A DNA stretch of 52,832 nucleotides from Bacillota bacterium (GTDB lineage Bacteria; Bacillota; Limnochordia; Darwinibacteriales; Darwinibacteriaceae), in assembly GCA_012518735.1 (NCBI GenBank), contig JAAYRO010000127.1:1-52832 (forward strand), in the 5' to 3' direction. The notes under the pieces are model-generated. The model did no database searches, was not told where the DNA came from, and saw only the letters and a list, made by a program, of their open reading frames with translations. Position numbers and translations under genes: made by a program. This document shows, one piece after another, positions 7,947-17,374 of the stretch; the stretch's first letter is position 1; each line of letters begins with the position of its first letter.

Positions 7947-9274
7947 CTTTGTTTATTTCGCTGTCTCATCTCTTTGAAGTACGCTAGGCGTTCTTGGATA
8001 ATCTTTTCTCGTCCTTGATCGGAAGGTTCATACAACTCTAGATCAGTGAGCTTATCTGGTAAGTAATCTTGAGGTACATAGTGAAATGGATAATCATGGG
8101 GGTACTTATACCCCCGACCGTGACCTAACTTTTCCGCTCCCTTGTAGTGAGTGTCCCGCAGATGAACGGGCACAGGCTCTGCACTTGTAGTTTTGACCAC
8201 ATCTAAAGCTTGATCAACTGCCAAGACCACAGAATTGCTTTTTGGAGCTGTTGCAATATAGATTATGGCCTGAGCAATCGGGATGCGGGCTTCTGGCATC
8301 CCGAGCCACTCCAGAGCATTGGCGGCCGCTTGGGCCATTAACATCGCATTGGGATCGGCCATTCCTACATCTTCCGAAGCATGTACAATAAGACGTCGTA
8401 CTATAAACCGAGGATCCTCGTCAGCGTAAACCATGCGAGCATACCAATACAGAGCTGCATCAGGATCACTGCCTCGCAGTGATTTTATAAACGCAGAAAT
8501 TACATCGTAATGGTTATCCCCACTCTTGTCATAGCGCACCCTCTGGGCTTGAGCCGCCTCTTCTGCCGTTTCTGCGTCAATAACCCGTACACCCTCTTCG
8601 TTGGGGGTCGTGGTCATGACTGCGAATTCTAAAGTGTTAAGGAGTACCCGAGCATCACCGTTTGAGACGCGAATCAAATGGTCCAAAGCATCTTGATGTA
8701 CCTGGCTCTCATATTTACCCAGTCCCTTTGGAGACTCCAAAGCCATCTCAGCCACCCGTCTCATATTGGATTCAGAAAGGGGCTCCAGCTGATAAATTTG
8801 GGAACGACTGAGTAATGCTGCATTAACTTCGAAGTAGGGATTCTCAGTTGTTGCCCCAATGAGAATAATATCACCATGCTCCACCGCTGGTAAAAGCACA
8901 TCCTGCTGACCCTTGTTCAGTCTTTGAATTTCATCAATGAACAGAATGGTCCGTTTCCCGTAAAACGCCCGTCTTTCCCGAGCCTGTCCAATGATCTGCT
9001 TTAGTTCAGATACTCCTGTAGTGGTTGCACTAACTGTAATAAACTCTCCCTGAGTAGTTTGGGAAATAACATATGCCAAGGTAGTTTTCCCCACTCCAGG
9101 TGGACCATATAAAATAATTGAACGGAGAAAGTCCTGTTCAATAGCTCGGCGCAGTAGTTTACCTTCACCTAGAATGTGTTCTTGTCCAACGTATTCATCC
9201 AAAGATCTTGGTCGCATACGTACAGCCAAAGGCGCTTGTTCCTCCAGCAGATCACTTTGGTCAAATAGGTTCAT
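7940..9274 (-). CDS. rarA: replication-associated recombination protein A (AAA+ ATPase RarA/MgsA)
   Basis: Contains Walker A GPPGVGKTT, Walker B LFIDEIQR and the conserved MgsA C-terminal region. ATG at 9274 follows GGAGGG 6 nt upstream. The track start at 9313 is an extension. Confidence 0.93.
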   Translation of the reverse strand: MNLFDQSDLLEEQAPLAVRMRPRSLDEYVGQEHILGEGKLLRRAIEQDFLRSIILYGPPGVGKTTLAYVISQTTQGEFITVSATTTGVSELKQIIGQARERRAFYGKRTILFIDEIQRLNKGQQDVLLPAVEHGDIILIGATTENPYFEVNAALLSRSQIYQLEPLSESNMRRVAEMALESPKGLGKYESQVHQDALDHLIRVSNGDARVLLNTLEFAVMTTTPNEEGVRVIDAETAEEAAQAQRVRYDKSGDNHYDVISAFIKSLRGSDPDAALYWYARMVYADEDPRFIVRRLIVHASEDVGMADPNAMLMAQAAANALEWLGMPEARIPIAQAIIYIATAPKSNSVVLAVDQALDVVKTTSAEPVPVHLRDTHYKGAEKLGHGRGYKYPHDYPFHYVPQDYLPDKLTDLELYEPSDQGREKIIQERLAYFKEMRQRNKQRS

Positions 9275-9971
9275 TAGGCGCCCTCCTCGCAAGAATATCC
9301 TGAACAACGACACTGGCCATAATAAGACCCGCTGTTGGTGGAACGAAGGCGGTGCTGCCTGGTACCACCGTTTTGCTCCTCCGAATGGGAGACTCAGCTG
9401 AAAACACTACTTTAACCCCTTTTTCTATTCCCCTTTTTCGCAAGGCCGTTCGAACAGTCCGAGCTAGAGGACATGTGTGGGTTTTCGAAATATCAGACAC
9501 GGTAAACTGGGTAGGATCTAGTTTGTTTCCAGCACCCATGGCTGATATGATAGCAATATTTTCCTGAACACACCGATAGATTAGATCAACTTTCGGACCT
9601 ACACTATCAATCGCATCTACTACATAATCATATGTATTCAACAAAAGACGATGGGCTTTACTTGAATCGTAAAACTCCTGTCTAGGAATGACTTTACAGG
9701 ATGGGTTGATCTGGGAAATCCGCTGTGCCATTACTTCTACCTTTGGCAGACCGATGGTTGTTTCAAGAGCAATGATCTGACGATTAATATTCGAAACGCT
9801 TACTTGGTCATGGTCAACTAGGACTAAAGTGCCTATGCCACTGCGAGCAAGCGCTTCCGCGGCATAACCCCCTACACCACCTATTCCAAAAATCGCAACC
9901 GTACTGGTTGCGAGGATATCTAAGCCTTCTGATCCAATGATCATTTCGGTTCGAGAAAAACGGTGTCCCAT
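9261..9971 (-). CDS. tcdA: tRNA threonylcarbamoyladenosine dehydratase (ThiF/E1-like, YrvM/TcdA)
   Basis: Contains the GIGGVGGYAAEALARSGIG Rossmann motif of the ThiF/MoeB/TcdA family. ATG at 9971 is preceded by GGGAGG. The track extension to 10121 runs through a terminator and the structured RNA. Confidence 0.85.
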   Translation of the reverse strand: MGHRFSRTEMIIGSEGLDILATSTVAIFGIGGVGGYAAEALARSGIGTLVLVDHDQVSVSNINRQIIALETTIGLPKVEVMAQRISQINPSCKVIPRQEFYDSSKAHRLLLNTYDYVVDAIDSVGPKVDLIYRCVQENIAIISAMGAGNKLDPTQFTVSDISKTHTCPLARTVRTALRKRGIEKGVKVVFSAESPIRRSKTVVPGSTAFVPPTAGLIMASVVVQDILARRAPNEPI

Positions 9972-9989
9972 ACTTACCTCCCATAGATC

Positions 9990-10207
9990 AAAAAAACCCC
10001 CAAAGGGGGCTAAGAATAACCCCCGCCATGTCGCTAGTACTGACCTGAATGAACCTGCTTCGGCAGGTGGGTACCCACCTGACTGCTTCAGACTTCCGTT
10101 CAAAGACGGCCTGCCCTCCACAGCCAGAGTTAAGGTTCCCTTTGTTATGGTGTTGGCTCATAACAAAGCCAGATTGATCACGAGCACAGCAGGGTTTGCG
10201 TGTTCTA
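9990..10207 (-). ncRNA. ssrS: 6S RNA (SsrS/BsrA-type) including its intrinsic terminator
   Basis: This is the only large non-coding gap (9972..10316). It has its own promoter (next feature). The 5' segment (about 10172..10200) pairs with the 3' segment (about 10018..10048) in a long, bulged closing helix of roughly 24 bp. An internal apical stem forms (CUGGCUG...CAGUCAG plus CCGU/ACGG). The bubble arms contain hairpins (CUUUGUUAUG/CAUAACAAAG and AGGUGGGUACCCACCU). It ends in CCCCC-UUU-GGGGG followed by U7 (10009..9990). It has the same aspS-yrvM(tcdA) intergenic position as B. subtilis 6S-1 RNA (bsrA). Confidence 0.65.
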
Positions 10208-10212
10208 TCTAG

Positions 10213-10241
10213 ATGATATCATAGTCTATTATTAGATTCAA
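10213..10241 (-). promoter_or_regulatory. sigma-A type promoter of the 6S RNA candidate
   Basis: The minus strand reads TTGAAT (10241..10236), a 17-nt spacer, then TATCAT (10218..10213). The predicted start is near 10205. Confidence 0.5.
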
Positions 10242-10316
10242 CCCTTCCCTAGTACCCATTTTTCCCTGTTCTGCCCGGACATGGCTGCGCATATAACCTA
10301 CTAAGGAGGGAGTGAA

Positions 10317-10598
10317 ATGAATAACCTATTTGGGAAAGTTATAGCCATTGCGTTTCTCGTTGAGGTGTTAACCAACTTCATCAAGACACTAGTACCCAAT
10401 ATTAACCGAATCTACATACCTATTATAGCTGGCATTTTCGGCATTGTCCTTGCCTGGACCGGGGATATTGGTATCTTCAGCACCCTCGATATACCCATTA
10501 AATGGATGGTATTAGACTACATGGTCACAGGCATTTTAGTATCTCGCGGCGCCAATCTAGTGCACGACTTAGCCAAAACACTCAATTATTCACCTTGA
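10317..10598 (+). CDS. small 3-TM membrane protein, phage-holin-like
   Basis: A strong SD, AAGGAGGGAGTGAA, precedes the ATG. The 93-aa product has FLVEVLTNFIKTLVPNINRIYIPIIAGIFGIVLAW, which resembles the V..aIKk..lvP.k.iP..s..iG..lg signature I recall from Firmicute phage holins such as Listeria A118 Hol118. The 3' end overlaps the aspS 3' end by 17 nt. Confidence 0.5.
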   Translation: MNNLFGKVIAIAFLVEVLTNFIKTLVPNINRIYIPIIAGIFGIVLAWTGDIGIFSTLDIPIKWMVLDYMVTGILVSRGANLVHDLAKTLNYSP

Positions 10599-12354
10599 GT
10601 TTCAGTTCTTCTAGCTGCTCTGATGACACTGGAGCAGGCGCCTCAACCATTAAATCTCTGGCACTGACTGTTTTCGGGAAAGCGATTACATCTCGAATAG
10701 AACTGCGGCCTGCCAAAAGCATGACAAATCGATCGAGGCCAAAGGCAATACCACCATGGGGTGGCGCACCATACTCAAAAGCCTCCATGAAATATCCGAA
10801 CTGCCTGTAGGCCTCTTCCATTGTAAAGCCCAAAGCTTTGAACATCTTCTCCTGAACGGTTCGAGAGGTAATCCGAATACTGCCCCCACCTAGTTCTACT
10901 CCGTTCAGCACCAAATCATAAGCTTTAGCACGCGCTTTACCTGGGTCGGTCTCTAGTAATTCAATATCAGAATCAACCGGCGCAGTAAATGGATGATGAG
11001 CAGCTACAAACCGCTTACTTTCTTCATCATAGACAAGCAGTGGCCAATCTACGACCCACAGTAGATGATAAAGCTCATCATCAATAAGATCCAGCTTTCT
11101 TCCTAGTACTAGGCGCAGACGCCCTAAAACATCACTTACTACATCATATTTGTCTGCTGCTAGAAGCAGTAGATCACCTGGTTTACCCTCTAGAGCCTCG
11201 ATAATGTAATCTAATTCATCCTTGGACAAGAACTTGGCAATAGGCGAACGAACATTGTCTTCTTCGAGAGCTATCCAGATGAGCCCCTTTGCCCCCATTT
11301 CTGTGGCCTTCTCAACCAATTCATCAATTTCTCTGCGGGTAAAGGTAGCCCCACATCCCTCAGCATTAATCCCCTTAACTACGCCACCTTTATTAACAGT
11401 ATCAGCAAAAACACGAAATTCACTGTTTTGTACCCCTGGAGTTACATCTCGTAATTCTAAGCCAAACCGGGTATCAGGACGATCAGAACCAAAACGATCC
11501 ATTGCTTCTTGGTAGCCCATTCGAGTCAATGGTCCATCAATCTTGATTCCTTTCACCCGTTCTAAGACATGGAGTATCATTTCCTCCATAATTTCAATGA
11601 TATCATCCCGATCTACAAATGACATTTCTATGTCGATTTGAGTAAACTCTGGTTGGCGATCGGCGCGTAAATCTTCATCCCGAAAACAGCGGGCAATCTG
11701 ATAGTACCGATCGAAGCCGCCAATCATCAGCAGTTGTTTGAACATTTGAGGTGACTGGGGCAGGGCATAGAACTCACCTGGGTGAATTCTGCTGGGGACG
11801 ATATAATCTCTAGCCCCCTCAGGTGTTGACCGAATTAGAAGAGGTGTTTCAATCTCCAAAAACCCTCGATCATTGAGAAAGGATCGGACCTCCGCTACCA
11901 TCTCATGCCTAAGGGCAATTGTTTTCTGCAGCTCGCTGCTTCGTAGATGAAGATAACGGTATTTCAAACGAATGCTTTCATCCACTTGATCAGCTTTGTC
12001 AATTTGGAAGGGCGGAGTTTTCGCTTCTGCCAAAATAGTCAATTTGGTTACGTTTACTTCAACGTAACCCGTTTCCATGTTGGGATTCTCCTGTCCCTGC
12101 GGTCGCAAATTGACCACACCTGAAACGGATACAACGTATTCATTCCGAAGTTTTTCTGCTACTGCAAACTGTTCTGCACCTAATGTCTCTGGGTTGAGAA
12201 CTACCTGAACAAGACCAGATCGATCTCGAAGATCGACGAAAATCATGCCACCCAAGTCTCGACGACGATTTACCCAGCCATTGAGAGTAACATCTCTGCC
12301 TGCCAATTCTTCATTAATCGTTCCGCAATAATGGGTCCGTTTCCAATCTACCAT
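10582..12354 (-). CDS. aspS: aspartate--tRNA ligase
   Basis: 590 aa. Contains the OB-fold N-terminus, class II motifs (FRDEDLRADRQPEFTQID, GGGSIRI, PPHGGIAFGLDR) and the GAD insertion. Confidence 0.97.
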   Translation of the reverse strand: MVDWKRTHYCGTINEELAGRDVTLNGWVNRRRDLGGMIFVDLRDRSGLVQVVLNPETLGAEQFAVAEKLRNEYVVSVSGVVNLRPQGQENPNMETGYVEVNVTKLTILAEAKTPPFQIDKADQVDESIRLKYRYLHLRSSELQKTIALRHEMVAEVRSFLNDRGFLEIETPLLIRSTPEGARDYIVPSRIHPGEFYALPQSPQMFKQLLMIGGFDRYYQIARCFRDEDLRADRQPEFTQIDIEMSFVDRDDIIEIMEEMILHVLERVKGIKIDGPLTRMGYQEAMDRFGSDRPDTRFGLELRDVTPGVQNSEFRVFADTVNKGGVVKGINAEGCGATFTRREIDELVEKATEMGAKGLIWIALEEDNVRSPIAKFLSKDELDYIIEALEGKPGDLLLLAADKYDVVSDVLGRLRLVLGRKLDLIDDELYHLLWVVDWPLLVYDEESKRFVAAHHPFTAPVDSDIELLETDPGKARAKAYDLVLNGVELGGGSIRITSRTVQEKMFKALGFTMEEAYRQFGYFMEAFEYGAPPHGGIAFGLDRFVMLLAGRSSIRDVIAFPKTVSARDLMVEAPAPVSSEQLEELKLKVNN

Positions 12355-12357
12355 GGT

Positions 12358-13626
12358 TTACGCCCTCCCTAGGGTATCAGCTAAATTCAGCAAATCCTTT
12401 AGATCGTATTGTTTCTCCACACCACTATCCATATTTCTCACAGTCACTTGGTTCTTGACCAATTCCTCTTCACCTAACACAAACACATATTGAGCTTGGA
12501 GACGATTGGCGGCCTTCATTTGAGCCCGAATACTCCGATCCATATGATCAAGTTCAACCCAAAGGCCCTCATTTCTGAGCTCATAGGCAATTTGCGCAGC
12601 CTTGCGCTTAGTAGCACCACCGAAGTGCACAATAAAGACCTGGGGCCGAGCGTGAACTGCTTCTAACCCACCTTGTGTTTCTAGAGCCAACAGTAAACGT
12701 TCTACACCAACAGCAAAACCTACTGCAGGTGTTGATTCCCCACCACATTCCTCAACCAAGCCATCGTAACGGCCACCGGCTCCGATCGCGTTTTGAGATC
12801 CTAACTCTGAGAATGTGACCTCAAAAACTGTTCGGGTGTAATAATCGAAGCCTCGTACTAATTTAGGATTAACAACATAGGGAATCTCCAATGCTCTGAG
12901 ATAATCCTGCACTTCATCAAAATGCCCAGCACACTCTGGGCAGAGATAGTCTGCAATGTGTGGAACATCCTTCATAATCTCTTGACAGCTCTCTACCTTG
13001 CAGTCCAACAACCGCAGCGGATTGCGTTCTAAACGAGACTGACAGCTGCGGCAGAGGTCATCAACATGAGGGGTGAAGTACTTGATCAATTCATCACGAT
13101 ACGCTTTTCGACATTTTGGACAACCTATACTGTTAAGCTGCACTTCAAAACCAGTTAAGCCACAAGCCTTGTATACTTCAATAGGTAAAACAATAGTTTC
13201 CACATCCAACAGTGGATCTGAGGACCCTATTACCTCCAAGCCAAACTGAGTGAATTGACGATAGCGACCCGCTTGTGGCCGCTCATAGCGAAACATAGGG
13301 CCAAAGTAGAACAACTTAACTGGAAGTTGACCACTGTACAGCTTATTCTCAAGAAAAGCTCGTACTACCGGAGCCGTCCCCTCAGGACGAAGAGTAATGC
13401 TGCGATTACCCCGATCCGTGAAAGTGTACATTTCCTTTTCCACAATATCTGTCGTATCTCCAATACCTCGCTCGAATAATTCAGTATGTTCAAACATGGG
13501 TGTACGAATTTCGTGGTATCCGTAAGTATGGCATACCTGTCGAATTCTCTTTTCCAATTCTAACCATAATTCAATTTTCCCTGGTAAAATATCATTTGTC
13601 CCCCGTGGACGGGTGGTCAATGCCAT
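12358..13626 (-). CDS. hisS: histidine--tRNA ligase
   Basis: 422 aa. Contains PRGTNDILP, the MFRYERPQAGRYRQF motif 2 and the GGGRYDGL motif 3. It lies 3 nt upstream of aspS. Confidence 0.97.
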   Translation of the reverse strand: MALTTRPRGTNDILPGKIELWLELEKRIRQVCHTYGYHEIRTPMFEHTELFERGIGDTTDIVEKEMYTFTDRGNRSITLRPEGTAPVVRAFLENKLYSGQLPVKLFYFGPMFRYERPQAGRYRQFTQFGLEVIGSSDPLLDVETIVLPIEVYKACGLTGFEVQLNSIGCPKCRKAYRDELIKYFTPHVDDLCRSCQSRLERNPLRLLDCKVESCQEIMKDVPHIADYLCPECAGHFDEVQDYLRALEIPYVVNPKLVRGFDYYTRTVFEVTFSELGSQNAIGAGGRYDGLVEECGGESTPAVGFAVGVERLLLALETQGGLEAVHARPQVFIVHFGGATKRKAAQIAYELRNEGLWVELDHMDRSIRAQMKAANRLQAQYVFVLGEEELVKNQVTVRNMDSGVEKQYDLKDLLNLADTLGRA

Positions 13627-13661
13627 TCTTTGGGCACTCCCCTCTTAAGCTCTCTTATGTG

Positions 13662-13693
13662 AAAAAGCGAGTGATGGTCGGGCCACCACTCGC
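13662..13693 (-). terminator. rho-independent terminator after the PPIase gene, 35 nt before the hisS ATG
   Basis: The minus strand reads GCGAGTGGTGG-CCCGA-CCATCACTCGC followed by TTTTT. One position is a G-U pair on the minus-strand RNA but an A-C mismatch on the plus strand, so it is oriented for the minus strand. Confidence 0.75.
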
Positions 13694-13701
13694 ATATAAC
13701 C

Positions 13702-15198
13702 TTAGTTTTCAGGAGCGGCTGCCTCTTCAGGCATTTCCTCTACCGGCTCAGCTTCTTCAACCTGCCCATCTGCTGAATCGTCTTCCTGAGCCTGAACAGC
13801 CTCTTCCTGCATTTTCCTCAACTCTGCTTGACGTTCTTGAATCTCTTCAATCCGCTGCTCTATCACTTTTGCATCTTCATACCGCTCAAGACCACTAACG
13901 TAATTGTACAGAATAAGCTGGGTATACAAATCAAGTGGTGCCAGTTGAGATGCGGTCAAATATGCTTCCACAGCTTCATCTATCTTTTCTAACTCTCGAT
14001 ATGCATTACCTAAAGTGATATACAGGGAGGAGTCATTCGTTATTTTCTCCACAGCCTTTTCGTACTGAGTAAGAGCTTCTTCTGGCTGTTCAAGCAGGCC
14101 ATACACATCGCCTAAAGAAGCGTAGAGATAACCATCGTTGGGGTTCTCCTCTATTGCCAGAGTGTAGTAATGAACTGCGTCTTCGTAGTTCCCCTCTACA
14201 ACCTGTTTAAAAGCATTCATTTGGAAATCTGTCACAATAATATCTGCATCCGTGTGCAGCTGTTCATACCATGCCTGAAGTTTTTCTTCGCCTTTTTCTG
14301 CTCGAATGGTTTGAATCAGATCTTCTTTCGCTTCTTCAAACTCTTGACCAACGGCATCTTTTCGCTCTGTCACAGTAATAATATGATAACCGAAGGATGA
14401 GCGAACTGGTTCACTAATCTCATTTACTTTCAGACTGAAAGCTGCTTCCTCGAATTCAGCCACTGTCTGTCCCCGCCGGATGAACCCTAAGTCTCCACCA
14501 TTTGAAGCACTGCCATCCTGGGAGTATTCCACTGCCAATTCTGCGAAATTGTCCACTGTGAGCTGTGCTAGAATCTCTAAAGCCTCAGCTTCCGCTGCTG
14601 CCCAACCTCCATCATCATCAGTTTCGGGACGGACAAGAATATGACTAGCCCTCACTTCTTCGTACGCCTCTATCAGCTCTTCGTCTGATACGGGAATATC
14701 TCCAATAACTTCGTCCCTTAGTTTTTCAAACCGGATCTCTTCAGCCAAGATCTGTTTTATCTGATCTTCTGTCCAACCAATCATCTCTAGCTGAAGCTCG
14801 TAATCGTCCCTGCTGGGAAACTGATCAACGATTTTCTGGAGTTCTTCCTCAATTTCAGCGTTGGACACATCTATTTCTCGATTAGCAATTTCCTGAGAGA
14901 TAAGAACGTTACCAATTATTAAGTCAAGGGTTTGGTACTTTAGTGTCTCATACGATCGTCCAGGCAGAATCCCCTGCTGCTGTTCTATTCGCTGCAGCTG
15001 CGAAATGAATGCTTGATGAAAATCGTAATAAGAAATGGCTTGACCATTTACAGTAGCTACCGCAGCCTGCACTACTTGCTGTTGATTTCTGCCCCTAAAA
15101 AAAGATACCCCTCCTGTGTAAAGAAGGCCGCCCACAAAAGCAATTACAATAATAATCACAATAACCTTTGTTTGTTCCCGCATTTTCCGGAAAAACAT
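13702..15198 (-). CDS. membrane-anchored parvulin-type peptidylprolyl isomerase (PrsA/SurA-like) with C-terminal TPR repeats and an acidic tail
   Basis: Has an N-terminal TM helix ([16 protein letters not shown]), a PpiC domain (ASHILV...[21 protein letters not shown]...SSFGYHII) and TPR-like repeats ([30 protein letters not shown]...). ATG at 15198 follows GGAAGGGA. The track start at 15297 lies upstream of the promoter. Confidence 0.85.
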   Translation of the reverse strand: MFFRKMREQTKVIVIIIVIAFVGGLLYTGGVSFFRGRNQQQVVQAAVATVNGQAISYYDFHQAFISQLQRIEQQQGILPGRSYETLKYQTLDLIIGNVLISQEIANREIDVSNAEIEEELQKIVDQFPSRDDYELQLEMIGWTEDQIKQILAEEIRFEKLRDEVIGDIPVSDEELIEAYEEVRASHILVRPETDDDGGWAAAEAEALEILAQLTVDNFAELAVEYSQDGSASNGGDLGFIRRGQTVAEFEEAAFSLKVNEISEPVRSSFGYHIITVTERKDAVGQEFEEAKEDLIQTIRAEKGEEKLQAWYEQLHTDADIIVTDFQMNAFKQVVEGNYEDAVHYYTLAIEENPNDGYLYASLGDVYGLLEQPEEALTQYEKAVEKITNDSSLYITLGNAYRELEKIDEAVEAYLTASQLAPLDLYTQLILYNYVSGLERYEDAKVIEQRIEEIQERQAELRKMQEEAVQAQEDDSADGQVEEAEPVEEMPEEAAAPEN

Positions 15199-15241
15199 TC
15201 TGTACCAGTCCCTTCCATATTTCAGAAAAATCAACATGATA

Positions 15242-15270
15242 ATTGTACTTGAAAAGCACGACCCTGTCAA
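15242..15270 (-). promoter_or_regulatory. sigma-A type promoter of the PPIase gene
   Basis: The minus strand reads TTGACA (15270..15265), a 17-nt spacer, then TACAAT (15247..15242). It overlaps the hemZ stop codon. Confidence 0.6.
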
Positions 15271-16760
15271 ACCACTAAGTGCTGCCTGATCTGGCATAAT
15301 TTCGAAGGTAGACTGCTCTCTAACTGCTGACTATAGGTAGCTGGACACTTGGGATTTACCAGTCTTACCAGGCTTAAATCAGGGGCCACTAACTTGGTAA
15401 TCCCACCACCCCCAAGAGCAATAATGGTTTGTCGTTCTTCCATCATTTGCACATTGTACACTGACTCAGTCCCTGGACGAGCATAGCCAATGTTCTCCAA
15501 ATCACTCAAAATGTAGCGCTGGCGATAGAGGTAGTACGGTGCTAAACCCCACCTAGAACAGTAGTCAGCCGCAATGTGAGCCATCTGTTCCCCTTGTTCC
15601 TGAGCAATATTCAGATATTCGGGCGACTTTCGAAGTCGCGACGCCCTTTTTAAGGCCAAACTGTGAACCGTAAGATTATCTGGCTGGAGATCTCCAATCA
15701 TATCCAAAGTATGGCGAACATGGGAAAGTTTTTCACCAGGCAGCCCAAGAATTATATCCATGTTAATCATGGGAATTCCTACATCTCGAGCATCATTGAA
15801 AGCAGTAATAACGTCCCTTACCGTATGCTGACGTCCCACTCTGCACAAGGTCTCATCATGCATACTTTGGGGATTAATACTGATTCTGTTTATACCAGAG
15901 TCAGCCAAGATATGCAGCGTTTCACGGGACAGTGTTTCAGGACGCCCAGCCTCCACTGTAAATTCGCAAGTCTCAGAAGTAACAAGCCAGGTGCGAACTA
16001 GTTCGAGTAAGTAGGTCAGCTTCTGACCTTGAATTGTTGTAGGTGTGCCTCCACCTAGATAAACACTTTCCACAGTGACTCCTAGTTCCTTCAGTAGAAC
16101 ACCGATCTCCCTGATTTCAACACACAAGCTTTCGAAAAATGGCTCAAGTAAATGACCATGACTCTCTAGTGGGTAAGCAGCAAAAGAACAATAGCTGCAG
16201 CGAGTTGGACAAAACGGAATCCCAACGTAGATTCCAATGGGTTGATTTGGGTTAGGATGGAAAAATTTCTGCTGCTTTTCTGCAACATCAAGCAGTAGAG
16301 CTATCTTCTCATCCACTAGGCCGTACACATTACCTAAAATCCTTTTCAGCTCTCCAGACGAAAAATTCCGATCTATCATTTTGTGAACTAATTTGGTAGG
16401 TCTCACTCCTGTGAGAATTCCCCAAGGACTAGGTGCCACATCATACGCTTCTCCTATAACGGTAAAAACGCCCAACCGTACCCTTTCTCTAGCTCGTCTT
16501 TTCCGATCATCCTCATCATATCTTTCATCTTGGATTTCCCGATCCGTATAGCTCCACTCAGTTAAACCGTCCAAAACCACCTGGACTATCAACTGACCAT
16601 CTGTCCACCGGACATTAACCTCCAGCTTTCTCCCTGTTCCAAACTGAGCGTTGGGAAGAATCGACCGAATAACAGCTTCAACAGCGGGAATTAATTCTTC
16701 AGGAGCATTAATTTGGAAAGACTCTGGATCAAATCGAAATGGAATAGGAATAGGCTCCAC
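15267..16760 (-). CDS. hemZ: radical SAM coproporphyrinogen dehydrogenase-like protein (HemZ type)
   Basis: 497 aa. The [14 protein letters not shown] motif is a CxxxCxxC radical SAM cluster with a HemN-like fold, and the long N-terminal extension is typical of HemZ. GTG start with a poor SD. Confidence 0.8.
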   Translation of the reverse strand: MEPIPIPFRFDPESFQINAPEELIPAVEAVIRSILPNAQFGTGRKLEVNVRWTDGQLIVQVVLDGLTEWSYTDREIQDERYDEDDRKRRARERVRLGVFTVIGEAYDVAPSPWGILTGVRPTKLVHKMIDRNFSSGELKRILGNVYGLVDEKIALLLDVAEKQQKFFHPNPNQPIGIYVGIPFCPTRCSYCSFAAYPLESHGHLLEPFFESLCVEIREIGVLLKELGVTVESVYLGGGTPTTIQGQKLTYLLELVRTWLVTSETCEFTVEAGRPETLSRETLHILADSGINRISINPQSMHDETLCRVGRQHTVRDVITAFNDARDVGIPMINMDIILGLPGEKLSHVRHTLDMIGDLQPDNLTVHSLALKRASRLRKSPEYLNIAQEQGEQMAHIAADYCSRWGLAPYYLYRQRYILSDLENIGYARPGTESVYNVQMMEERQTIIALGGGGITKLVAPDLSLVRLVNPKCPATYSQQLESSLPSKLCQIRQHLVV

Positions 16761-16765
16761 TTCCT

Positions 16766-17374
16766 TTATAAATAGGGATTATTGATAATTTCATCTTGGA
16801 TGGTAGTTCGGTCACCGTGCCCAGGATAGACCACTGTGTCCAGTGGCAGACGTCCAAGGCGAATCAAACTATCTCTCAGAACTTGTTGATCGCCCCCTAC
16901 TAAGTCGGTCCGTCCCACTGATCCCTTAAACAGTGTATCGCCACTGAGTAAAATACCTGGTGCATACAGGGATATACTTCCTGGAGTATGTCCTGGTGTA
17001 TGGAGTACCGTCAGCTCACTCTCTCCAATCTGGATAGTGTCTCCGTCATCTAACAGCTTGTCAGCCTCCACTACAGGAAACTCCTGACGAATATAGCGAG
17101 CAAGATTTAACTCGTAATCTATGAGGAATGGCGCATCATCCCTGTGAATACAAAGGGGAGCTTGGGTTTGTTCAACAAACCATGCGTTACCAGCAATATG
17201 ATCAGCATGCCCGTGTGTATTAACCACAGCTGTAATTTCTAGTTTGTTGCTATTAATAAAGTCCAACACTGACTCTAATGCTTCACCTGGGTCTACAATA
17301 ATTCCCTGTCCTTGCGTGTAGACAACGTAACAATTCACCGCCAAGGCGTTTGTAATAAATCGCTGTATCTTCAA
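16766..17374 (-). CDS. MBL-fold metallo-hydrolase (glyoxalase II-like)
   Basis: Contains the THGHADH metal motif and downstream His/Asp ligands (TPGHTPGS, GDTLF, PGHG). TTG start at 17374 follows AAGGAGAG 6 nt upstream. Confidence 0.88.
   Translation of the reverse strand: MKIQRFITNALAVNCYVVYTQGQGIIVDPGEALESVLDFINSNKLEITAVVNTHGHADHIAGNAWFVEQTQAPLCIHRDDAPFLIDYELNLARYIRQEFPVVEADKLLDDGDTIQIGESELTVLHTPGHTPGSISLYAPGILLSGDTLFKGSVGRTDLVGGDQQVLRDSLIRLGRLPLDTVVYPGHGDRTTIQDEIINNPYL

Noticed and set aside
9972-10121. ORF-track N-terminal extension of tcdA (MEGRPSLNG...)
   Set aside because: The extension reads through a GC hairpin with U7 terminator and the 3' half of the structured RNA. A canonical GGGAGG-N6-ATG start exists at 9971.
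13500-13898. 132-aa + strand ORF spanning the hisS start, the intergenic terminator and the PPIase 3' end
   Set aside because: It crosses two real minus-strand genes and a terminator hairpin. It has no SD and no recognisable motif.
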